Positions 56,615-64,000 of a stretch of DNA of 64,000 nucleotides are shown here, one piece after another (position 1 is the first letter of the stretch; each line of letters begins with the position of its first letter). The notes beneath the pieces are model-generated. The model did not search any database, was not told where the DNA came from, and worked only from the letters and a program-made list of their open reading frames with translations. The DNA comes from an uncultured bacterium (GTDB taxonomy: Bacteria > Zixibacteria > MSB-5A5 > GN15 > FEB-12). Location of the stretch: the NCBI GenBank assembly GCA_965372795.1, contig CBDVDR010000012.1, forward strand, positions 1-64,000, read 5' to 3'. The translations under genes were made by a program, and so were the position numbers.

Positions 56615-57799
56615 CTATTTTAAGCGGATCAATTTTTTTTCAAGTTTATACAATGCCGATTTAAGTGAATTTATTTCATTTAGGAGGGATTCTCTAGAAG
56701 ATTTTGATAAAATTCTATTAGCCTGATTATTAACTGATGGCCTTTCGATATTCAAACTTCCACTGCCGATAGTCATTTTTACAAAAAACGGTATATTTTT
56801 ACGAATTAACCCGATCTCAACAATCGTTCCCGGAGTCGTGCGAATAATCTCTTTTTTTAGCCCGGCAGCGGAACTTATGTTTACACCATTATATTTAAAT
56901 AACAGGTCACGTTTCATCAGACCTGCTTTTTTAGCCGGTGAATTTGGATCAATGTCGGTAATCAGAAGTCCTCGACTAATCATCAGACCGCTTCTGTTAC
57001 TGACGTTAATTATCTCACCGGGAAGATTTATGACGATTCCGGGTGAAATTTCAATCTCTGAGGTTGTTATTCCGATAAAACCTGCTAATCGGCTTCCATA
57101 CCTTAAAATATGCTGAACAACAGCCGGAATCAGATGTGCCGGAATAGCAAGTCCTGCACCCGGGCTGTCGGGAGAATTTATACTACCGGATATAATACCA
57201 ACAAGATTACCTGTAAGGTCGAATAAACCTCCACCAATAGTTCCAGATGTTAAAGCACCGGAATATTGGATTAAACCTTCCGGGCGAACTCCAGCGCAAA
57301 AGCCTAAGGTTGGACTTGAGCGAAGCCCATAGGCATTGCCCAAAGCTATAATCAGTTGTCCCCCGCATAAATATTGTTTTGAAATTTGGGCTGGTTGTCC
57401 GATACGTTTATCAATTTCAAGTAGTGCCAAACCGGTTTGGTAATCAATTCCAAGCAATTTTGCCGGAAGGGTATGCTGATTAAAATGAACCGCTATTTTA
57501 TCTGAACCGGCGACACTCTTGGCTGAAGTGATAATATGGCCGAGGCTGTCATAGATAATGCCCGAAGAAATCATGCTATGAACCAGCTCTTCCCCGCTTC
57601 CAAAATAATTTGTATATGAAACAGGTTTGATTACTTCAACAGTGACAACCGAACCAGACAGATTGTAGATTAGATCGTTTATTTCTGATTCAATAGAATA
57701 AAGCGTACTGTCTGACGAGTATGTGGAAGTTGTAAAAAAGACCGTTAGAATAACGCCTGACAGACAAGCTCTAACGGTCCTGTAAAAATTCGTTAGCAT
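56615..57799 (-). CDS. HtrA/DegP-like trypsin-PDZ protein lacking the catalytic triad
   Basis: SG.I.D..GHIIT, ALGN.YGL, GG.LF.L.G.LVGI and PDZ (SPAKKAGL...D); the His, Asp and Ser positions are substituted. Confidence 0.8.
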   Translation of the reverse strand: MLTNFYRTVRACLSGVILTVFFTTSTYSSDSTLYSIESEINDLIYNLSGSVVTVEVIKPVSYTNYFGSGEELVHSMISSGIIYDSLGHIITSAKSVAGSDKIAVHFNQHTLPAKLLGIDYQTGLALLEIDKRIGQPAQISKQYLCGGQLIIALGNAYGLRSSPTLGFCAGVRPEGLIQYSGALTSGTIGGGLFDLTGNLVGIISGSINSPDSPGAGLAIPAHLIPAVVQHILRYGSRLAGFIGITTSEIEISPGIVINLPGEIINVSNRSGLMISRGLLITDIDPNSPAKKAGLMKRDLLFKYNGVNISSAAGLKKEIIRTTPGTIVEIGLIRKNIPFFVKMTIGSGSLNIERPSVNNQANRILSKSSRESLLNEINSLKSALYKLEKKLIRLK

Positions 57800-57800
57800 T

Positions 57801-58511
57801 TTAGTATCCTTGCGGTGCCTCCTTGTTATTCAATGATTTTGGAGACACATAGACTTTGATAATCGGTCTAATTTTAAAATATCCTTTTAGATATGGTAAC
57901 GGAATCTGTTGGAATTCAATCGAACTATGCCGATGAGTGCTTGATCTGTGGAAACCATCATTAGTACTGGAACTGGTAAGAGTATTAGAAAGTCTCATCA
58001 TTCGCTCATTTTTAGCCATCTGCTGGTTGAAAGACCAGTTTTTATCAACATTGGCGACACGAGTAGCATAATTAGGATTGTTAGTCGGCATCGCGGTGAG
58101 ATATGAATCATCAAGATGAGTATGTTCGGCAGCAAGTTGAGTCGGGTTAGAATCCAGATCAATGTTACTAACAGTTAAGTAAGTTGCAACAAAGAGAATA
58201 CAAACGGTTGCAACCGCTGATACAAGTTTGGGCCATGACAACAATGGTGGATTTTTTGGAAGATAAGCTTTGCTTCTTGTTTCAGCAAAGCGTTCATGAG
58301 CAATTCGATCCATCAATTTGTTATTAAAATCCGAAGATACTTTAAATTTAGGTATCTCTCGGCTGTTGTCCAGCATGGAACGGTAGACCGCTTCCTCCTT
58401 GCGACAGTCAGCACACTCGGTTAGGTGCGCACTGATTTCTTCTGCCTTGCGAGGATTCAGCTCATCGCTACAAAAAGCTGACAGGAAGAAGCGTGTTTTT
58501 CGACAACGCAT
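57801..58511 (-). CDS. Zinc-binding (ZAS/zf-HC2) transmembrane anti-sigma factor
   Basis: C...R..LS....EL...HLTECADC; one TM segment; overlaps the sigma gene. Confidence 0.85.
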   Translation of the reverse strand: MRCRKTRFFLSAFCSDELNPRKAEEISAHLTECADCRKEEAVYRSMLDNSREIPKFKVSSDFNNKLMDRIAHERFAETRSKAYLPKNPPLLSWPKLVSAVATVCILFVATYLTVSNIDLDSNPTQLAAEHTHLDDSYLTAMPTNNPNYATRVANVDKNWSFNQQMAKNERMMRLSNTLTSSSTNDGFHRSSTHRHSSIEFQQIPLPYLKGYFKIRPIIKVYVSPKSLNNKEAPQGY

Positions 58512-59070
58512 TATATTCCTCCACTCTGGGTTTTAATTTATCTCGCAACATCAACCTTGCCCGATTAACTCTTGATTTTACAGTTCCAAGAGGCACATCC
58601 AGCACTTTTGCTACTTCGTCGTATGCCATCTCCTGGACATCACGTAACATAAAGGCGGTACGGTATTTTTCGGGTAAGCTTGATATTGCTTCATTAAGGA
58701 CTTCCGGGAGTCTTGTCGGGATTTTCATCTCAACGGCAAACTCCTTTTCGTTCCCTTTCATTTCAGTAATATCGTAATGTTTAAATTTCTTTCTTTTTCG
58801 CAATTCATTGCGACCTAAATTTAACCCGATAGTGTAAATCCAGGTTGACAGACAATGCTGGAAATTGAATGATTGACGATGTTGATAAACACGGATAAAT
58901 GTTTCCTGAACAATATCCTCGGCTTCTTCGGTCGAATTGACCATCCGCCCAATAACATTCATAAGTCGGTCTTTGTATCGGTCGACCAATTCGTTGAAGG
59001 CAACCATATCGCCGTTTTGCACGGCTTTCATCAACCTAAAATCAATATCTTTTTCAGATTCTTTCGCCAT
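58468..59070 (-). CDS. ECF RNA polymerase sigma factor
   Basis: GD..AF.ELV..Y, AEDIVQETF, TWIY.I..N and Y.EVA.VL.VP.GTVKSR..RAR motifs. Confidence 0.95.
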   Translation of the reverse strand: MAKESEKDIDFRLMKAVQNGDMVAFNELVDRYKDRLMNVIGRMVNSTEEAEDIVQETFIRVYQHRQSFNFQHCLSTWIYTIGLNLGRNELRKRKKFKHYDITEMKGNEKEFAVEMKIPTRLPEVLNEAISSLPEKYRTAFMLRDVQEMAYDEVAKVLDVPLGTVKSRVNRARLMLRDKLKPRVEEYNALSKNTLLPVSFL

Positions 59071-59096
59071 AAATACCTTTCAGTCTGCTTAAATAT

Positions 59097-59123
59097 AATA
59101 CCCACAGACGAATTTAAAGTTCC
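59097..59123 (-). promoter_or_regulatory. Putative autoregulatory ECF promoter
   Basis: Minus strand GGAAC-17 nt-GTATT, 26 nt upstream of the sigma ATG. Confidence 0.55.
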
Positions 59124-59309
59124 AAAAATAGCCGTGAAAGATAAAAATTTTATCTGGCTGTATTACAGCCACTTACGAGGGCTATTTGGGCCGGTTTTTG
59201 GGTCTTATGCGCCAATTTCTGGAATTAATACAAATTGGAGGTAGATTTCTTCCCAAAAAGTGGGGAAAAGTTGAAGGAGGGACGGATCCGCCGAAGAGGA
59301 TTGCCATAG

Positions 59310-59918
59310 AACAAAGACTGGATCCCCGCGTTCGCGAGGATGACAATAGGGTCGCAGGTTTTAAACAAATGAATGGTTTATTTAATTGCGAAATTCTTAG
59401 AAACGGCTAATTACAAATTTTTAATTTACAAAATGATTTAATACTATTATTTAAATAACAATTCTCAGATAATGTCATTCCTGTGAAAACAGGAATCCAG
59501 TGTTAATTTACAGACTATTATATAAGTCTTCCCAATTCGGATTATCTTTTTCAATCAATTCTAATTTCCAAATTCTTTTCCAATTCTTCAATTGTTTCTC
59601 TCTGATGATAGCTTGAGTTATATCTTCATGAATTTCATAATAAACTAATTTATGTACATTATATTTTGCTGTGAACCCCTTAACCAAATTATTTTTATGC
59701 TCGTAAATTCTTTTTATCAGATCATTTGTTACCCCAACATAAAGAGTACCATTTTTTCTACTGGCTAATATGTAGACAAAATACTGTTTCATAACAAAGA
59801 CTGGATCCCCGCGTTCGCGAGGATGACAATAGAGAGTCTTCCTTTTAAGATTTTATTAACTAAACTCCTCGTTATTATATATAAGCAAGACTGGATCCCC
59901 GCGTTCGCGAGGATGACA
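59310..59918. repeat. Four TGTC-tagged REP-like palindromes around the GIY-YIG gene
   Basis: Identical 40-mers at 59310-59349 and 59793-59832, a 32-bp copy at 59887-59918 and an inverted variant at 59473-59501. Confidence 0.9.
59508..59792 (-). CDS. Small GIY-YIG endonuclease family protein
   Basis: YFVYIL...LYVGVT..L.KR..EH, FT.KY....LVYYE and A..REKQLK.W.R.WK..LIE..NP.W.DL. Confidence 0.93.
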   Translation of the reverse strand: MKQYFVYILASRKNGTLYVGVTNDLIKRIYEHKNNLVKGFTAKYNVHKLVYYEIHEDITQAIIREKQLKNWKRIWKLELIEKDNPNWEDLYNSL

Positions 59919-59936
59919 CCAGCATAGCTGGTCTTA

Positions 59937-61157
59937 CTACCCGGCGAACAAATCGCCCCAGCCGATAAGATATAGAATTATGCCGGCAGTCATTAACAAA
60001 AGTACAAGAGGAATTAGTCGTTTGTAAACTTTCATTAAGTCACTTCCAAAGTATTCGTTAGTCAGTATCAAACAGAGATGGCTTGGAGAAAGCATCACCC
60101 CAACAAAACCTGACAAGTAAGCAATCATCATTAGACCGGGATTTAAACCGTTTTGATATAAAAATCCGGCTAAAATTGTATAGCCCAAGCCGACATAAGC
60201 CGAGACCATGCCGGTCAAAATACCAATGGTAAACGGGACCAGAAAAACAACAAACTCTTTGGGGAAATTGTAGGTGGTGGCTAATTCCGGAATAAAATCA
60301 ACAGCATGAGCTAATTCAATGACCATTTGGAATGAAAGGACCCCACAAACAAGAAAAATAAGATTAGGTGCAAAGGCGCGTTTTAAAGATTTTTTGATAA
60401 TTTCTGTACTTGGGCGAGTTATAACCATTAGTAAAATTGATGAGATTAAAACCGACAAGGAGAGGTCGACCTTCAGGACTCCATAGAGAAAGATTGATAA
60501 TAAAATCGACCAGAGGGGTGTTAGTACCCGATACAAAGAGACAAACAATGATCCGTTTTTTTGCGAGTTGTTTTGAATTTTGCGAATATAAATAAAATAA
60601 CCAATGGTTGCCATCCCAATTGATAATGGAAATTGCATCATTGAAACCTGCAACATCGGTAGCCCGGTAATAGCTTCAGATAGAATCACTCCGGCATACA
60701 GGGGCCAGAAAAATTCAGCCAGATGTCGGAACCAGTAATTCACAACGAGTTTGAATTCAGGCGAATGGTTTTTATTTTTAAGAACATTATCAACTAAAGG
60801 AGCCGACATTAATGATCCGCCCGGCATAGGCATCATCCCAATCAAAGGAGGTAAGGCTGCCACGGCAGTTTTACTTCCGCCCGGTAGACCCTGAACCGCG
60901 ACTGACAACCGCTCAAGAAAGCCGAGTTCTTTTAGTAACGAGCCAAGATAGGTAATGAAAATCACAACCAGCGTCAGCATTATAAACGTTTGTGATTTAA
61001 CGAGATCCAAATAGCCTTGAGTTAAATCTGTAAAGGGGACATCAAAAAGAAGAGCCATCAGCAGCCCGGCAAAAAACAGAGAAATTCCGACCGAGACATT
61101 TTTTTTCAGCGCAATAACTATGACAGCAAATATTAAGAGCAGTTTTAACGTTTCCAT
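59937..61157 (-). CDS. DUF401 family membrane protein (putative transporter)
   Basis: P.LIG..PMPGG.L.SAP, NYWFRH..E..WPLY and LSP.HLC motifs; start ATG 61157. Confidence 0.8.
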   Translation of the reverse strand: METLKLLLIFAVIVIALKKNVSVGISLFFAGLLMALLFDVPFTDLTQGYLDLVKSQTFIMLTLVVIFITYLGSLLKELGFLERLSVAVQGLPGGSKTAVAALPPLIGMMPMPGGSLMSAPLVDNVLKNKNHSPEFKLVVNYWFRHLAEFFWPLYAGVILSEAITGLPMLQVSMMQFPLSIGMATIGYFIYIRKIQNNSQKNGSLFVSLYRVLTPLWSILLSIFLYGVLKVDLSLSVLISSILLMVITRPSTEIIKKSLKRAFAPNLIFLVCGVLSFQMVIELAHAVDFIPELATTYNFPKEFVVFLVPFTIGILTGMVSAYVGLGYTILAGFLYQNGLNPGLMMIAYLSGFVGVMLSPSHLCLILTNEYFGSDLMKVYKRLIPLVLLLMTAGIILYLIGWGDLFAG

Positions 61158-61247
61158 AGGTGTGTAATAACGATGAAAGTTTATAAAAGTCAAACTGTCT
61201 AAAAGGAATTACTTGACTTAGAGCCTAACAAATATAGCTTTTCTAAA

Positions 61248-62588
61248 GTGATGAGTAAAATTGCTGAAATAAATAAAAAGATTAACCAAATTAACCTGCT
61301 GGCATCTTTTAAAAAGATAGCCAAAGATTATGGTTCTGTCTGGTTGGATTCTTCTTTGAGTTTTGAGGATCGGGGTCGGTTTTCTATAATTGCCCGTGAC
61401 CCTATCGGGTCGGTATCCCTTTGCAATAATGAAATTGTTTTGAAGCAATTTAATCAGCAACTTGTAATCAAAGCACCCGGTCAGATTTTTGAATATTTGG
61501 AACAATACTGGAAGGACCCCCAGTATATTTCAATCGGGTACTTCTCCTATGAATCATCGCTTAACTTTTTAAAACTTGGACATCTGGCAGCAACAGAGAA
61601 TTTAGTTCCTGAAATTAATTTTTTGATTTATGACTCGGCTTTAATATATGACCATTTACTGGACGAAATAAACGCGACTAATCCTGATCTGGATGATTAT
61701 TCGGATATGCTAACAACTGATATATCTGTTATACATAAGCCAAAAAGTGATACAGCAACAGTATTAGCATCACTAACAAAAGCTGAGTACCTTGAGAAAA
61801 TTAAAAAAATCAAGGGTCATATTAAAGAAGGCGACATTTATCAGGCAAATTTCACAACCCGTTTTGAAGTAGAATCAGCGACCGATCCATTTGAAGTTTA
61901 TAAAAAACTTCGTGAGTTAAATCCGGCGCCATATTCAGCTTATATGAATTTGGGTGACTATAATATTTTGTCGTCATCGCCGGAACGGATGTTTAAAAAG
62001 GATGGTGATTCAATTACAACTGGTCCAATCAAGGGGACGGTTGAACTTGGAAACAGTGAAAAAGAGATAATGGGAAACAAGCAACGCCTGCTTGATTCTG
62101 ATAAAGATAAAGCCGAGCTTTTGATGATTGTTGATCTGGAACGTAACGATTTAGGGAAAATTGCAAAGACCGGATCGGTTGAAGTTGAGACTTTGTTTAA
62201 GCCTGAGATTTATTCTTCTTTAATCCATTTAGTCAGCGATATTAAGGCAAAACTCCCTGATGATATTGAATATACTGATATAATTCAAGCGATGCTTCCC
62301 GGAGGATCCATAACAGGGGCTCCCAAAAAAAGAGCGGTTGAAATCATTCAATCACTTGAGACGGTTCCCCGTTCAATTTACACCGGATCTATCGGATATA
62401 TCTGGGATAATAAAGCTGATTTTAATATAGCGATTAGAACGATCTTGCATAAAGACAAAAAATATTATATACATGCCGGCGGCGGAATTGTTGCTGACAG
62501 TCAGGCTGAGGCAGAGTATAATGAGATGCTGCTGAAGGCAAAAAATCTTTTTAAAGCGGTAGGTGTAGTTAATAAATGCAACTGGTAA
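61248..62588 (+). CDS. pabB: Aminodeoxychorismate synthase component I
   Basis: GDIYQAN, SSPE, PIKGT (PabB-type Lys), MIVDLERND and PGGSITGAPK motifs. Confidence 0.9.
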   Translation: MMSKIAEINKKINQINLLASFKKIAKDYGSVWLDSSLSFEDRGRFSIIARDPIGSVSLCNNEIVLKQFNQQLVIKAPGQIFEYLEQYWKDPQYISIGYFSYESSLNFLKLGHLAATENLVPEINFLIYDSALIYDHLLDEINATNPDLDDYSDMLTTDISVIHKPKSDTATVLASLTKAEYLEKIKKIKGHIKEGDIYQANFTTRFEVESATDPFEVYKKLRELNPAPYSAYMNLGDYNILSSSPERMFKKDGDSITTGPIKGTVELGNSEKEIMGNKQRLLDSDKDKAELLMIVDLERNDLGKIAKTGSVEVETLFKPEIYSSLIHLVSDIKAKLPDDIEYTDIIQAMLPGGSITGAPKKRAVEIIQSLETVPRSIYTGSIGYIWDNKADFNIAIRTILHKDKKYYIHAGGGIVADSQAEAEYNEMLLKAKNLFKAVGVVNKCNW

Positions 62589-63415
62589 CTTCGATAAACG
62601 GTAAAATTGTTAAACGCGGACAGGATAAAATTTCTGTTTTTGATAATTCGTTGTTATATGCTGATGGTTTATTTGAAACCTGTCTGGCGATTGACAATGA
62701 GATAATTTTCCTCAAAGAACATATTGATCGTTTATTTAGAGGTGCAAAAGTAACCGGATCAAAAATCCCGATTGATAAAGAAACCTTGAAAAGCTGGATT
62801 CAATCTATATCAAAAAAACATCCTTCTAAGATCCAAAAGATACGCTTAACAGTAACTGCCGGAGAAGCTGCTCGATGGCTTGGGGAACAGGGGCAACCAC
62901 AAGTTATCATTTCGGCGGCACCTCATGTGATGCCGACCAAGCCTTTTAAGCTTCATTTGTCTGATTTCAGAGTGGATCAGGATTCAGTTTTCAGACGGAT
63001 TAAAACCCTTTCTTATGCAATTCATGCGGCAGCCTTACGTCAGGCGTTTTTGAAAAAATGTGATGATTCATTGCTTTTAAATGAGATTGATAATATTGCT
63101 GAAGTGACTTCTGCGAATATATTCTGGGTTAAGAAAAATAAAATCTACACTCCCCCGCTTACCTCAGGTTGTCTTGAAGGGATAACTCGCAAAATTGTCA
63201 TGCATGAAGCTCGTAAGTTAGGACATGAAATTATTGAACGAGATACTAATTTAGTTAAACTTTCAAACGCAGATGAGATTTTTATTTCCAGTTCATTAAA
63301 GCTGATAGTCGGCGTCTCTTTGATTAAAGCTAATCGCATAAATTTAAAATTCTCTGATGGTCCGTTTACAAAATTGTTTCAAAAACATTTTTATTCTTTA
63401 ATCAATCTATCATAA
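62576..63415 (+). CDS. pabC: Class IV aminotransferase, probably 4-amino-4-deoxychorismate lyase
   Basis: YADGLFET, H..RL, IKT..Y, E.TSAN.F and L.GITR motifs; overlaps pabB. Confidence 0.7.
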   Translation: MQLVTSINGKIVKRGQDKISVFDNSLLYADGLFETCLAIDNEIIFLKEHIDRLFRGAKVTGSKIPIDKETLKSWIQSISKKHPSKIQKIRLTVTAGEAARWLGEQGQPQVIISAAPHVMPTKPFKLHLSDFRVDQDSVFRRIKTLSYAIHAAALRQAFLKKCDDSLLLNEIDNIAEVTSANIFWVKKNKIYTPPLTSGCLEGITRKIVMHEARKLGHEIIERDTNLVKLSNADEIFISSSLKLIVGVSLIKANRINLKFSDGPFTKLFQKHFYSLINLS

Positions 63416-63506
63416 TCAAACATAACTACTTTCTGAGATCATGTTTTAATTGACTTGAAAAATTCAATTCATGACATTTGTGATAACATTATAAAGAGGA
63501 TTAAAA

Positions 63507-64000
63507 ATGAAAAAGATAATATTATCATTGATGATGATTGCTATATTTGCAAGGGTTGGCTTTGGTCAGGATTATATGCTTGATGAGTCAAGCACAACCT
63601 TTGAACTCCCTCCCCGTCAATTAGTTGACATGCCTACTGCCGGAACGCTGCCAAGAGCACATTATCAAATCGGTTTCAGATTTTATCCTTCGGGTGGTGC
63701 CATTGGGTTCACAGATATTGCATTGTCGGACCGGTTTATGCTCGGTATCTCTTATGGTGCTGATAATGTTATCAGTAATAAAAGTCCTCACTGGAATCCA
63801 CGAATAGAGTTTAATATTAAATTTCGTTTGATTGATGAAGTGGATTATTTCCCAGCCTTAGCAGTCGGTTTTACTTCTCAAGGATTTGGGGAATGGAATA
63901 TTGATAATGATCGTTATGCTTTTAAATCACGCGGCTTTTATGGTGTAATAAGCCGAAGCTTCTATTTATATAACATGGTGGCTGGCTGGCATGGCGGAAT
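63507..64000 (+). CDS. Exported beta-barrel-like protein (YjbH-like), 5' part only
   Basis: Open frame to the window end: MKKIILSLMMIAIFARVGFG...LVDMPTAGTL...KFRLIDE..YFPALAVG...SQG. RBS GAGGA. Not in the ORF track. Confidence 0.75.
   Translation, partial: MKKIILSLMMIAIFARVGFGQDYMLDESSTTFELPPRQLVDMPTAGTLPRAHYQIGFRFYPSGGAIGFTDIALSDRFMLGISYGADNVISNKSPHWNPRIEFNIKFRLIDEVDYFPALAVGFTSQGFGEWNIDNDRYAFKSRGFYGVISRSFYLYNMVAGWHGG

Noticed and set aside
59310..59918. Possible CRISPR from the identical 32-40 bp repeats
   Set aside because: Spacing is 483 and ~90 bp, one copy is inverted and a gene lies between them; the structure is REP-like
63625..63807. 60-aa ORF
   Set aside because: Out-of-frame overlap with the real CDS starting at 63507

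Overview
An AT-rich bacterial chromosome segment, mostly housekeeping genes on the minus strand. A dockerin-tagged M28 peptidase and an S8 peptidase with a FlgD/T9SS-like tail suggest the FCB group, possibly Zixibacteria (inference only). Left to right: start of tuf, tRNA-Thr and tRNA-Gly, hemerythrin, ltaE, a cold-shock gene, then a type IV pilus block (pilB-pilT-pilC-pilS). This block is directly joined to an expanded Mgl polarity module: MglA, MglB, three further roadblock proteins (one membrane-anchored, one TPR-fused) and a DUF4388/PATAN protein. Next come comEC, murJ, rpsT, argF, a porin plus a reductive-type octaheme Hao-family cytochrome, hslUV-xerC-topA-rpoZ-gmk-yicC, a degenerate two-component pair, AsmA, a REP-bounded nuclease/K+ channel cassette, mnmA-iscS, tamA/tamB, an ECF sigma/anti-sigma/pseudo-HtrA operon, a REP-flanked GIY-YIG gene and pabB-pabC. 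The best candidate for an undescribed system is the Mgl/T4P locus. Its MglA carries a ~140-aa low-complexity tail ending in a polybasic patch and a MinD-type membrane-targeting helix. Four roadblock domains are clustered with it, and the two sub-operons share a near-identical sigma28-like upstream motif. No CRISPR array, rRNA or transposase was seen. All calls come from motif reading only; no database searches were run.
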